Source: a virus
Lineage: Duplodnaviria > Caudoviricetes
Direction: 5' to 3' (one strand)
DNA length: 43,878 nt
Virus record (IMG/VR): IMGVR_UViG_3300021066_000032
Span: 1 to 43,878 of that record
Notes under the pieces: generated by a model
What the model saw: the letters and a program-made list of their open reading frames with translations, nothing else
Databases searched by the model: none
What the model was told of the DNA's origin: nothing
In this document: one piece after another, positions 35,099 through 43,793 of the stretch
How positions within the stretch are numbered: the stretch's first letter is position 1
Layout of the letters: each line of letters begins with the position of its first letter
Made by a program: the position numbers and the translations under genes

Positions 35099-35267
35099 CC
35101 GTTTACAATTCTGCGCAACTCATTGAATCAAAACGGCCCGGTTTTTCACCGTTTACAGCGCTATCCCTTGTCCTGCTTCGGTGGCCGACTCCCCTAGGGA
35201 CTGCCACCGCTTTTTGAAGCCGTGACGCCGCAAGGATTTGCAGAGCCGGTTACAAAATTGGTTACAG
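35099..35267 (+). other. attP: core is the 3' end of a tRNA-Glu (35186-35206), flanked by arm-type repeats
   Basis: CGACTCCCCTAGGGACTGCCA (partial T-loop, T stem, acceptor strand, G discriminator, CCA); four G(G/T)TTACA repeats at ~35101, 35151, 35248 and 35260; adjacent to the integrase. Confidence 0.8.
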
Positions 35268-35274
35268 CCGTCGT

Positions 35275-36303
35275 TCACTTTTCGGCCCTCGCGAGCTTGG
35301 CGAAAGCATCATCCGCGAGCTTAGCTTGCCGGGCGGATTTGGTATAGGTGCCGACCTCCGATGTGGTCTGCTGGCCAAGGGCCGCGGCTATGCCTTTGTC
35401 CGATCCTTCGCCTTCGGCAATGGCGGCGGCCGTGGCCTTGCGCAGGCCGTGCGGCGTCCTGTTCTTCAGACCCGCCATCTCAGCGCGCCCCACGAACCAC
35501 TTGGTGAGCCCAGCCGGGGTGAAGGGTGCGCCGTACTGCGTGACAAGGAAGGTCAGCCCCAAGGGCGCCGCATCGATCTCGGCTTGCAGCTCGGAAAGGA
35601 CCGGAACGTCAACCTCGACGCCGGTCTTGGTCTGCGTCATCTTCAGCCGCCCGTCCTTAACGTGCTGGCGGCCTGCCTGGCAGGCGTCAGACCTGCGGAG
35701 AAGGGAATAGCGGAAGATGGCGTAGGCGAGCCTCTCGCGCGTCCCTGACGCCCATCTCGCCTCGAAGGCGGCCATATCCTGGGCCGACCAGGGGATGAAG
35801 CCCTTGGCCTTGTATTTCGGGGGGTCAGTTTCGCGCACCGGATTGTCCCGACGCCAGTCCCATTTGACCGCGAGACGGAACACCTTACGCAGCCGTTTGC
35901 GAAGGTTCGCCCGCTGAGCTGGCGTGTCCTTCATTTCCTCGAAGATGTCGTCCAAGTGGCGGGTCAAGACGTGCACAGCGGAGAGGTGGCCGTACCGGTC
36001 GCAGAAGCGCTCTAGCTGGTTCTTGTAGGCCCGCTGGGTCGATGGCTTCAGATCCGTGAAATAGGAGTGGTTGTAGTAGCCGACCACCAGGGCGCGGGTG
36101 GACTTGGGCTTGATCAGCTCGCCGGGTGCGTGGCGCTCGTAAGCATGGGCCCCCGCATATGCAGCCATGAACTCGGCTGACCCGACTTCACCGGGCAGGG
36201 CGACGCGGGGGTAGCCGTGGCGGCGGTAGTAGTAGAGCCGCCGGCCGTTCGGCTTCCTGATCTCCTGCACGTAGCGCAGATTGAGCGTAGCCACTTGCGT
36301 CAT
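35275..36303 (-). CDS. int: Tyrosine integrase
   Basis: LRRSD, QTKT, HGLRK, LGQ..Y catalytic residues; N-terminal arm-binding YYYRR. Confidence 0.93.
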   Translation of the reverse strand: MTQVATLNLRYVQEIRKPNGRRLYYYRRHGYPRVALPGEVGSAEFMAAYAGAHAYERHAPGELIKPKSTRALVVGYYNHSYFTDLKPSTQRAYKNQLERFCDRYGHLSAVHVLTRHLDDIFEEMKDTPAQRANLRKRLRKVFRLAVKWDWRRDNPVRETDPPKYKAKGFIPWSAQDMAAFEARWASGTRERLAYAIFRYSLLRRSDACQAGRQHVKDGRLKMTQTKTGVEVDVPVLSELQAEIDAAPLGLTFLVTQYGAPFTPAGLTKWFVGRAEMAGLKNRTPHGLRKATAAAIAEGEGSDKGIAAALGQQTTSEVGTYTKSARQAKLADDAFAKLARAEK

Positions 36304-36509
36304 TGGCGTTGCGTGGCCCTGTCCCACTCTTCGACGCCTTCCTCCTGCCCCGCGATGGACGCTAGGGTCTCGCCGGGTCGCAAGAGGGCCAGACCGTGAA
36401 CACCCACAACCGGCGTCAACTTATCAACAGGCACGCCTTCGGCCTTGAGCGCTCGGATCATGCGCTGATAGTCGATCTGGCGTGGGGCCGCCCTACCCAT
36501 CTTCCCCAC
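36300..36509 (-). CDS. Excisionase-position small protein
   Basis: Directly upstream of int with ATGA overlap; ends NEWD-like (EEWD). Confidence 0.6.
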   Translation of the reverse strand: MGKMGRAAPRQIDYQRMIRALKAEGVPVDKLTPVVGVHGLALLRPGETLASIAGQEEGVEEWDRATQRQ

Positions 36510-37008
36510 CCGTACACTTAGGACCGGTGGACTCGTAGGCTTGGAGGGCTAGGCGGTTTGCGTCGCTGTACCCGCAGTCGCAGGGTTTCCCCTTGTAGGC
36601 GTAGCAGTCGTTGTCGTGGACAGCGTAGCCGTTGATCTCCTCCAGCGCCTTCCTCAACACCTGGACCTGGTGTTCTGCGGATTGGGCGCGGGTGATGGCT
36701 TCAACCGTTCGGCGGTGGGCGTCTTCCTTGCCGCGTCGGACGTAGGCGACGCAGGCTTCAATGTCGGCCACGTACCGATCGCCCTTGCGGATGAAGAACT
36801 CTGAACCGTTGCAGGTGAGGCCGGTAAGCGCCTTGGTCAGCGCGGCATTCTCCGTTTCCAGGGCCGATAGGCGTCGAAGCTCTTTGGCGGCTTCCGGGCC
36901 ATCGGGATTCCTGAGGATATCCATCGTATCGGGATTGCCCATGATGTCGCGGCGGCTGACCGTGGTCTTGGCCTCCAGTCGGTCTGCCAGGGATAGGGTG
37001 TCAGTCAT
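36493..37008 (-). CDS. Hypothetical protein
   Basis: RNPDGPEAA..; C-terminal H..C....CDCG. Confidence 0.75.
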   Translation of the reverse strand: MTDTLSLADRLEAKTTVSRRDIMGNPDTMDILRNPDGPEAAKELRRLSALETENAALTKALTGLTCNGSEFFIRKGDRYVADIEACVAYVRRGKEDAHRRTVEAITRAQSAEHQVQVLRKALEEINGYAVHDNDCYAYKGKPCDCGYSDANRLALQAYESTGPKCTGGEDG

Positions 37009-37208
37009 GGAGCCTCACCGCTCCCGTCACAGTCTGGACATTCGCCGTAGCTGGCGATGAATGGCCCCTGTCGAAGCGTGACCGTCAGGGCGCTGATCAT
37101 GCCGGTTCCTTTACACGTGGTGCACTTCTCTTCTTCGCCCCCCTCGGTCCACTCGTCCCACTCGCGGGCGAAGCCCTCGGCGTCGATGTCGTCAGCAAAG
37201 TCAGTCAC
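37005..37208 (-). CDS. Small DnaJ-type Zn-finger protein
   Basis: CTTCKGTG and CPDCDGSG. Confidence 0.75.
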   Translation of the reverse strand: MTDFADDIDAEGFAREWDEWTEGGEEEKCTTCKGTGMISALTVTLRQGPFIASYGECPDCDGSGEAP

Positions 37209-37582
37209 GACCCCACCCCTTCCTTATGGTCAAGGGAGCCGAGGGCCTTGAGCAGGGCGATGCAGGCGGCGAGGGCGGGGGTCTTGGCGTCCGCGTTCGC
37301 GACGTATCGCGCTTCGGTGAGATGCGGTTGCGCGTTTCGAAGGTGTGCCCAAAAGCCTTCCTGGCCGTCGTCCACCTTGATCGACCACCGACACCCCGGA
37401 AGCTTCCGCTCTATCAGTCCAGTGATGGCGTCGAGGGAGGTGGTGTAGGCCGTACACTCGGGGCCGGGCAGAGTATCAAAATACACCGCATCCTCGGTGG
37501 CTTTCCAAACCTCGTAGGAAAGCTCGCGCGACCCTTCCTCAGCGGATTCCAAGCGGCAAATCAGCTCTTTGATCGTGCTCAT
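37205..37582 (-). CDS. Conserved phage hypothetical protein
   Basis: YTTSLDA..L..LPG.W..TPALA.C.A.L motif. Confidence 0.75.
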   Translation of the reverse strand: MSTIKELICRLESAEEGSRELSYEVWKATEDAVYFDTLPGPECTAYTTSLDAITGLIERKLPGCRWSIKVDDGQEGFWAHLRNAQPHLTEARYVANADAKTPALAACIALLKALGSLDHKEGVGS

Positions 37583-38196
37583 AGCCGGATTAGCTCCGGG
37601 GCGACGTGCGCCCAGATAATCCCTCTTTGGACGGCGGAAACTGTAGAGTTCGTGATGCCGTACAATCGCGCCAAATGGTTATGGGGGAGCGTACTGCGGC
37701 GAATAGCAATCACCTGTTCTTCGGTGAGCTTGGCGCGCGGGTGTCTGGTCCCATGAACGTGTGAGTTGCGCCCTTTAGCCGCTCGGTCCCGATTGTTGTC
37801 GGCCAGCGTCCCCAGGTGGAGATGTTGAAGTTTGACGCACGCTCGGTTGTCGCACTTGTGCAGGATGATCATGCCTGACGGGATTGGGCCGTAAGCTTGC
37901 TCCCAGGCAACCCGATGCGCGCGTCCGGACCTACCTGTGGCGGGGCTAGTTGCGGTGCCATAGCCAAAGCGCGTGAGCGCCCCCTTGTGCGCTTCGCAAG
38001 GACCCTCGGGCGGATCGTACTTCGGGGCGTCTGCTATGGTCTTGAGCTTAGCCGCCTCCCGCTTGGTTAAGGCCACAGGGTCCCGACCGCGGTTGTTGGA
38101 TCGAGCGCAATGGCGTGAACAGTAGGCGCTCGTCTGGCGCCAGCCGCGGAACGGGCTCCCACACTTCGCACATAGCTTTTCATCGAAACGCATCAC
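37579..38196 (-). CDS. HNH homing endonuclease with C-terminal HTH
   Basis: AHRVAW..ILHKCDNRACV..HL.LGT..DN; AKLTEEQV..LARLYGI. Confidence 0.9.
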   Translation of the reverse strand: MMRFDEKLCAKCGSPFRGWRQTSAYCSRHCARSNNRGRDPVALTKREAAKLKTIADAPKYDPPEGPCEAHKGALTRFGYGTATSPATGRSGRAHRVAWEQAYGPIPSGMIILHKCDNRACVKLQHLHLGTLADNNRDRAAKGRNSHVHGTRHPRAKLTEEQVIAIRRSTLPHNHLARLYGITNSTVSAVQRGIIWAHVAPELIRL

Positions 38197-38765
38197 CGCC
38201 CCTCCCGGTCTTCGCCTTGGAGAGGCGGGGTGGAAGGCTGTTGGCCTACAGCGGGGCAGGGGGCGTCACTGGTGACGACAGGGGCCCCTACGCCCCGTCT
38301 TTCTTCGGCAAGCGCCGCTTCCACAGTGGCGCAAAACTTCACGGCCGGATGCGCTGCCCAGGAGCCCAGCGGGCGCATGGTGGGCACGCTCAACACAACG
38401 CCGGGGATGACCACGTAGACGGGCACGCCAGCGGCCAGGGCCATGCCCACTTCCACGTAGGCCCCCTTAAGCGGGAAGTCGTCAGGCTCGGCGTACAGGA
38501 CCAAACGTTCGGCGGTCGTGACCTCGCGCTCGATGCGCTCCCAAAGCTCGCCCTGGCTCTGCGTTTCGCCCGCGCCCGCCTCATCGATCCAAGTGCTGAT
38601 GATCGGGTGGCCTTGCTCGCGCAGAGCCCGCCACATGGCAGGACGGGCCGGTTCGCTTGCTCGCGAGGCCACGTAGACACCTCCCGAAGAAAGCCCGCTA
38701 TGGGCGTCACCGCCGCTGCTCGTGACCCGCTCTAATCGGCCAACGCCTTCGTTCTTATCCCCCAT
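38193..38765 (-). CDS. Nucleoside 2-deoxyribosyltransferase-like protein
   Basis: VYVAS..STWID..GAYVEVGMALAAGVPV. Confidence 0.72.
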   Translation of the reverse strand: MGDKNEGVGRLERVTSSGGDAHSGLSSGGVYVASRASEPARPAMWRALREQGHPIISTWIDEAGAGETQSQGELWERIEREVTTAERLVLYAEPDDFPLKGAYVEVGMALAAGVPVYVVIPGVVLSVPTMRPLGSWAAHPAVKFCATVEAALAEERRGVGAPVVTSDAPCPAVGQQPSTPPLQGEDREGR

Positions 38766-39132
38766 GGCCTTCTCCCTTCATGGAAGGAGGCGCGGGAGGC
38801 GCTTGCCAGTGGGTGACGACGGGTCGGTGAACGAATTGGTTGGCGGTGAACTGCCCGAATCGCCACTCGCCAGACTCGACATCCCAGGTGGCGCCCGCCT
38901 CACGGCAGCGTTGATCGTGCTCCGGCCAGTGGACCCACAGGTCAACCGGCGTCCCATCCTTCGGCGCGTTCTCCAGATCAGTCCGCCACCCTCCTTCTAC
39001 GGGGGAGGAAAGGGCCTCTTTCAGCGCCTCGATGGCCAGAAACAGTTCTGGCCCTACGCGCGCGTCCGGGGCTGATCTGCGGGCTTCAACGACACGCCGC
39101 GCAGCCTCTTCCAGTGTGGGGGCGTTGGTCAT
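38755..39132 (-). CDS. DUF551-like protein
   Basis: APKDGTPVDLW...VTHWQAPPAPP. Confidence 0.78.
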   Translation of the reverse strand: MTNAPTLEEAARRVVEARRSAPDARVGPELFLAIEALKEALSSPVEGGWRTDLENAPKDGTPVDLWVHWPEHDQRCREAGATWDVESGEWRFGQFTANQFVHRPVVTHWQAPPAPPSMKGEGHGG

Positions 39133-39320
39133 GGGGTGGCCTTCCGCTCACAGACGTGAAGGTCGCCAACTTCCGAATGGAGCCGCCAGCGTCCTTGATG
39201 GCGCTCCCACACAAACCCGTCCTGGCCGCATCGCTTGCAGCGCGTGCCCTGCCGGTCCTCGCTAGCCGCCAGTTCGATCTGGTACAGGTCGTTGTCGAGA
39301 TCGGTGTAGTAGCTGGCCAT
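39129..39320 (-). CDS. Small Zn-ribbon protein
   Basis: CKRCG..W...WRL....H.C. Confidence 0.7.
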   Translation of the reverse strand: MASYYTDLDNDLYQIELAASEDRQGTRCKRCGQDGFVWERHQGRWRLHSEVGDLHVCERKATP

Positions 39321-40169
39321 CTACTTCTCCCCCTTCATGGAAGAGATGGCGGCCACGACCTTTACGCAGTCGATCTTGCGGCCGTTGGGCTGCGCAATCG
39401 CTTCGTCAGGACGCCGGGTCCACGTCATCCCGCCGTGCGTCTGATAGATCGCCTCCGCGAGCGCTTTTGGAGTTAGTTCTCCCGACACTCCAGGGACGGC
39501 AGGTTGTGGAGCGGAGAGGGCGGCGCGGATGCGGTCTATACGGGCGTTGTATTCGTCGCCGTGGGGACTAATCGCGTAGGGATCAACCAGACCGTCTAGG
39601 ACGCCCTCTAGCCACTCGACATCGCCCTCCCGTAGCTCTCCCCCACTGACGGGAGGAGGTGAAGCGAGGGCGGCTGCGATCTTCGGGTTACACGCCGGGC
39701 AAAACGGGCCTACGAGGTCTGTGCTGCACTCGTAGCAACGGAACTCCCCCTCTCCTCTGTGGGGGTTGGCGAGGGCTCTTTCGAGCACGAGCCTAGCATT
39801 GTGGCCCGACGACCTTGCCTGGCTCCCGTGCTTGCGTTCGGCCAGCAGATCGCAGGCTTCCTGCATAGCCTCCCTCAGCTCTCCTCCTCCGGTTAGGCGC
39901 TCTCCCCCGGCTTGAGGGTGTTGTGAGGTGGTGATATCGGCCATGAAGGCGTCTTTGCCGGTAAGGCCGCGCTCCCCTCCGCTTACCTGTGGGATAGAAA
40001 GGATGCGGTCGGTTAGGGAGATGATCTGGCGGGCTTTGGAGAGGGAGTCGGCGCGTATTTTGGACAACGACGTAATGGGTGATGTCGAAAATTCTTCCCA
40101 CGCCTCAGGATCAATGATCCGCGCAACCGCTTCTTCCTGTTCTCTAAGGCTCATAGGTTCTGGGGTCAT
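39321..40169 (-). CDS. Mosaic hypothetical protein (Ead/Eaa-like)
   Basis: Modules separated by repeated (S/A)GGE(L/R) linkers; CYEC/CPAC. Confidence 0.65.
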   Translation of the reverse strand: MTPEPMSLREQEEAVARIIDPEAWEEFSTSPITSLSKIRADSLSKARQIISLTDRILSIPQVSGGERGLTGKDAFMADITTSQHPQAGGERLTGGGELREAMQEACDLLAERKHGSQARSSGHNARLVLERALANPHRGEGEFRCYECSTDLVGPFCPACNPKIAAALASPPPVSGGELREGDVEWLEGVLDGLVDPYAISPHGDEYNARIDRIRAALSAPQPAVPGVSGELTPKALAEAIYQTHGGMTWTRRPDEAIAQPNGRKIDCVKVVAAISSMKGEK

Positions 40170-40262
40170 GGGATGAATGATTTCTTGTTCAGAATTGACT
40201 GTTATTAGGCTGCGGTGCAGTGGCAACTCTGCTAGTCTTCGCGTCTTCTGTAGTTGTAGCGG

Positions 40263-40490
40263 TCATGCGGGGCTCCAAATCAGGATGAGCCCGCAAAGCC
40301 CCAGTGCGACTGGGGCGAACCAGTCGTCAAAGACGGTGAACCAGCGTGTCGGGCGCTCTTCTTTGTGGATCGCCCTATGCGCCAAATTCAGAAGCGCCCG
40401 GCACATCGCAATGTATGAGCCGCCGCTCACAACTAACGCGACGACGATGGCCGTCAGGAGAACTTGGCTGACAAGATCGGTCATCGCCAT
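40263..40490 (-). CDS. Small two-TM membrane protein
   Basis: Two hydrophobic segments; GGAG RBS. Confidence 0.6.
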   Translation of the reverse strand: MAMTDLVSQVLLTAIVVALVVSGGSYIAMCRALLNLAHRAIHKEERPTRWFTVFDDWFAPVALGLCGLILIWSPA

Positions 40491-40843
40491 TCACTCCGAC
40501 TGGTCTTCGGGAATGGGCGTGGCTGGAGGCGATGATTGCCTTTCGGAGCCGGCCAGTTCCCGGTATGCTTGAGCATCCGACGCTTGGCCTTGCGGGTGTC
40601 TGCGTTGTCGCCGCGAGACTTGCCCAAATGGCAGGGCTTGCAGACGATCTGCCAGTTGCCCGGTTCATGAAGACCGCCTTGCGCAAGCGGGATGCGGTGA
40701 TCAATCTCGAAGTCGTCGCCAACCTTCTCAGCGCACTTCACGCAGCGGCCCTTGCAAGCCAGCAAGGTTTCGATCCGCTGGCGGGGCGTGAAGCCCTTGC
40801 GAGGCGTGTTCTCGACGGGTTCGGCGATGGTAATTTTGGTCAC
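40481..40843 (-). CDS. HNH endonuclease
   Basis: CVKC..EIDHRIPLAQGG.H...N.Q..CKPCH..K. Confidence 0.88.
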   Translation of the reverse strand: MTKITIAEPVENTPRKGFTPRQRIETLLACKGRCVKCAEKVGDDFEIDHRIPLAQGGLHEPGNWQIVCKPCHLGKSRGDNADTRKAKRRMLKHTGNWPAPKGNHRLQPRPFPKTSRSEWR

Positions 40844-41016
40844 AGCCCGCACCTCTCGCGAGCCCACTGAACCAAATCCCCGAACTCGGTTCCCGTGCTG
40901 AACGGGTATTCAGAAGAGGCGCACTCACTGACAAGAACGCGTCGCGTCTCGGGGGTTTTGTGTTGTTCGTAGGCTTTCAGGGCTTGGCGAAGGAAGCGGT
41001 GGGCGTCGGGTTTCAT
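40840..41016 (-). CDS. Hypothetical protein (58 aa, not in the ORF track)
   Basis: ATGA and GTGA overlaps on both sides; MKPDAHRFLRQALKAY... Confidence 0.6.
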   Translation of the reverse strand: MKPDAHRFLRQALKAYEQHKTPETRRVLVSECASSEYPFSTGTEFGDLVQWARERCGL

Positions 41017-41408
41017 GCGGCTTGCCTTGAGAATTGGACGCCGTTCTGGACGCCCCAGGCTTCGATCCAGTCGAGTAGCTCGCCCATCTCCTCAACCGTC
41101 ATGTCCGACGTGTGCAGGCCAATGAGCATGATCCCGCCGTTGAGGCCGGGGACGACTTCCAGGCCGCCCTTGGCCGCCCGGACGGATGCGGTGAACAGGT
41201 CCTTCCAGACCTCAGGCGTGCGCTTCTTGCCGTCCCATTCAACCTGAGAGGCAACGTCGGTTAGCATTGCCCACATTCTGTCGTTCTGGGGCAGCGTGCG
41301 CCTTGGCCGCTTGAGTTCCACCCGCGTGTTGACGGGCGCCTGTTCGATCCAGGCGTGCGCCTTGCGGCGTTCCTTGTCTCCGGCCAGGACCAACAGCGCG
41401 CGGGACAT
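41013..41408 (-). CDS. ninB: NinB/Orf recombination mediator
   Basis: RTLPQNDRMWAMLTDVASQVEW..WKD.F..TS.M...EM..L. Confidence 0.9.
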   Translation of the reverse strand: MSRALLVLAGDKERRKAHAWIEQAPVNTRVELKRPRRTLPQNDRMWAMLTDVASQVEWDGKKRTPEVWKDLFTASVRAAKGGLEVVPGLNGGIMLIGLHTSDMTVEEMGELLDWIEAWGVQNGVQFSRQAA

Positions 41409-42154
41409 CAGACAGACGCGCTCCCGTCCATTGGGACGACGCCACGCAGGTCGTTAGCGAGCGCGGCGTCAACCTCGCGCAACTCCTCGCGGCGGGCGAG
41501 GTAGGCGTCTTGCAGAGGGTCGCGGAAAGCGGCCGGAAGGCTCGGCAGGGTTTGCTTGATCTCCCGCCCGATGGCGCCCAGCGTTTCGAGGTCGTCGGCC
41601 GCTTCCAGCTTGTCTTTGAAGTACTCGAAATCCTTGTGCCGTATGGCTTCTGCGGATGACTTCCGGGTCACGCCGGTGTAGTCTGTCAGGGCTTTTCGGA
41701 GCTTCTGGTACTCGGGTTTCTTGATCTTCCAGGACCGGCCCGCAGGCTCCAAATCAACCCAAGGCGATTGGAGCCCATAGAGATACCGACCGATCCCCCA
41801 GCGGACGGCGGCGCGCTTGAAAGCATCGGACAGGGCGCCCTTTTCGGCCTCAACGTCGGTGTCACCCGCGCCGTCAGCCTTCCAGACCCATTCCTCGCCG
41901 CACTTGATCCCCAGGTCACAGACAGTCTTGCCGTTGGCGTGGGAATACCGGCACTGCCAGCCCGCAGGCCCGCAAACTTGGTCCAGCCGGTCCATCACGT
42001 CGCGGGCGTCCAGATAGGCTAGCGCGAGGCCCTGAGGGTCTTTCCCCTCGGGGGGCTTGCCGGTCTGTTTGTTGATATTGGAGCTGCCCACGCGCCAAGA
42101 AATCGCTTCCGGGGGAAAGGTCATGGAAAGCTTGTCGAAAAGGTCGTCCATCAA
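41408..42154 (-). CDS. Rad52/Rad22 (Sak-like) single-strand annealing protein
   Basis: LAYLDARDVMDRLD.VCG..W; EAEKGALSDAFKRAAVRWGIGRYLY. Confidence 0.92.
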   Translation of the reverse strand: MMDDLFDKLSMTFPPEAISWRVGSSNINKQTGKPPEGKDPQGLALAYLDARDVMDRLDQVCGPAGWQCRYSHANGKTVCDLGIKCGEEWVWKADGAGDTDVEAEKGALSDAFKRAAVRWGIGRYLYGLQSPWVDLEPAGRSWKIKKPEYQKLRKALTDYTGVTRKSSAEAIRHKDFEYFKDKLEAADDLETLGAIGREIKQTLPSLPAAFRDPLQDAYLARREELREVDAALANDLRGVVPMDGSASV

Positions 42155-42366
42155 AGCCTCTCAGCGATGCGATAGCGGGTGTTGTCCTCAGCCCTACGGA
42201 TTGTCTCGCCGGCTGAAATGATGGCGTCGCGCACGTCTGTGATCTGGCGGCGAAGGGTGTCTGTGTCGGTCGCCGGTTCGATGGCTTCAGCGATGGCCTT
42301 GACCTTCTTGACCGCCTGGTGAACGGCGATGCTGTCTTCAACGGAAAGGGCGATGTTGGGCATCAC
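42151..42366 (-). CDS. Hypothetical protein
   Basis: Coupled ORF in the early operon. Confidence 0.7.
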   Translation of the reverse strand: MMPNIALSVEDSIAVHQAVKKVKAIAEAIEPATDTDTLRRQITDVRDAIISAGETIRRAEDNTRYRIAERL

Positions 42367-42590
42367 GCTGCTCCTCGTTCTTGCCGTGCGACGCCCTTGA
42401 GCCGGAGCCTTAGGGCTCTCGCCTGCTGTTCGATCAGGGCAAGGTCGCGGATCGCCTCGTCACGCTTGGCCGAGGTCGCGTAGGAACCCCGGAACGTCAG
42501 GGCGACGGAGCGGACCTTGTGCTCAAGGATGGCGAAGGTCTCGCGGGCGTCTGAGGGAAGGTCTGCGTAGAGGGCTACGGGTTCGGTCAT
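42363..42590 (-). CDS. Hypothetical protein
   Basis: Coupled ORF ending ERGAA with embedded RBS. Confidence 0.7.
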   Translation of the reverse strand: MTEPVALYADLPSDARETFAILEHKVRSVALTFRGSYATSAKRDEAIRDLALIEQQARALRLRLKGVARQERGAA

Positions 42591-42865
42591 GCTACCGCCG
42601 CTCCGGCCGCTTTCTTGGGTGAAGGGCCGTAGTTTGTCTGGTTGGCGACGCTGTTCGGGTAGCGGACTGCGGACAGCAGGGCCTGGGCTGTTTTGTCGGC
42701 GCGCTTAGGGTCGGCCAAGCCGTCAGCGGCCAGCCACTTCGAGCCGGTAGACCCCTCCCAGGACGCCTTCCCTTGGCGCATGTGTTCGCAGTCGTCTTCG
42801 TCACCGCGGAACACGAACGAGCCGTATCCGGCGATGCTGATGATCCAAATATCGTGTTCGGTCAT
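42587..42865 (-). CDS. Hypothetical protein
   Basis: ATGA overlaps. Confidence 0.7.
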   Translation of the reverse strand: MTEHDIWIISIAGYGSFVFRGDEDDCEHMRQGKASWEGSTGSKWLAADGLADPKRADKTAQALLSAVRYPNSVANQTNYGPSPKKAAGAAVA

Positions 42866-43122
42866 TGGGCTCTCCGAAAAGGAACCACCTTCAGATCGAG
42901 CGCCGCGTCATAGGCAGCGCACGCATCCGCAAAGGCGAGGTTGGCGACGTTGTTGGAGGCTTCCTCCAGATCAGCGGCGAGCTTGCGAAGGGCTGCGGCT
43001 GCGGTCTGGATTTCGTCTAGCGATCCGTGACGCTCAGCAGCTCCTAGGTCCAGGTCTGCGGTGAAGGCCAGGGTTGCAGCCTTGCGAGCGGCTATGATGG
43101 CGAGGCGAAGGGCGGGGGTCAT
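42862..43122 (-). CDS. Hypothetical protein
   Basis: Ala-rich helical ORF, coupled. Confidence 0.7.
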   Translation of the reverse strand: MTPALRLAIIAARKAATLAFTADLDLGAAERHGSLDEIQTAAAALRKLAADLEEASNNVANLAFADACAAYDAALDLKVVPFRRAQ

Positions 43123-43377
43123 CTACTCCCCCCTTTCAGAAAGACGGGAGGCGGCTTCGGCCTGGTACTTCTCGCCAAGCACGAGCAGCGCAGCGATGGA
43201 TTGAGCGCCTTCTTCGCCGACGTATTCGCTGGCGGTGCAGACGGGGAAGTCGAGGCTGTAGGACGTGGTAGCGCCGTGGCGGGTGGCCACCGAAGCTTTC
43301 CGAACCTCTAGCCCTTTCGCGTAGTAGGGAGGCTCCCTTTCCAGCACCTCTATGACTTCATTGGGGGGGTTATTCAT
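43123..43377 (-). CDS. Hypothetical protein
   Basis: GGGAGG RBS; ATGA overlap. Confidence 0.7.
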   Translation of the reverse strand: MNNPPNEVIEVLEREPPYYAKGLEVRKASVATRHGATTSYSLDFPVCTASEYVGEEGAQSIAALLVLGEKYQAEAASRLSERGE

Positions 43378-43793
43378 TGGTTCCTCCCAGGCGCTTCATC
43401 GCCGTCTGAGGTGACGCCAGGGCCCCTGCCCCGGCTTTCTTCGGAAAATTCCCACTTCGGGCACTGGCGCGGTTTCGGCTGGTCATGCGGCCATTGGATG
43501 CCTTCGCCGCAGCGCTCGCGGCTTCCGGGATGGACAAGCGCCATCGCCAAGTAGTCGTATTCCTCCCGTTCCGCCGGGCAGTAGTAGAGGCACGTCAGGC
43601 AGGACTTGGCGGCGGGGTTGTAAATGCACCACGCCATGTGCCGACGAATGGGCGCTTCCTTCGCGCGGCTCTTGAGGCAGAACGGGCAGAGGTAACGGCG
43701 CACCTTGCGCACCAGGGGCGCTGCCTGAAGAAAGACGGGTAGGGACCCGTCGTCACCGCTGGCGTCAGTGAATTGTGACGTAGGAACAATCAT
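43374..43793 (-). CDS. Cys-rich (Zn-binding) hypothetical protein
   Basis: CPFC..H...C..NP..KSC.TC..C; follows 50..406 across the circular join. Confidence 0.7.
   Translation of the reverse strand: MIVPTSQFTDASGDDGSLPVFLQAAPLVRKVRRYLCPFCLKSRAKEAPIRRHMAWCIYNPAAKSCLTCLYYCPAEREEYDYLAMALVHPGSRERCGEGIQWPHDQPKPRQCPKWEFSEESRGRGPGVTSDGDEAPGRNQ

Noticed and set aside
35170-35210. Complete tRNA gene
   Set aside because: Only the 3' 21 nt are present, with no D or anticodon arms; interpreted as the attP core.
37579-38196. Group I intron around the HNH gene
   Set aside because: The HNH ORF is directly coupled to intact neighbours with 4-bp overlaps, leaving no room for intron core structure; treated as free-standing.
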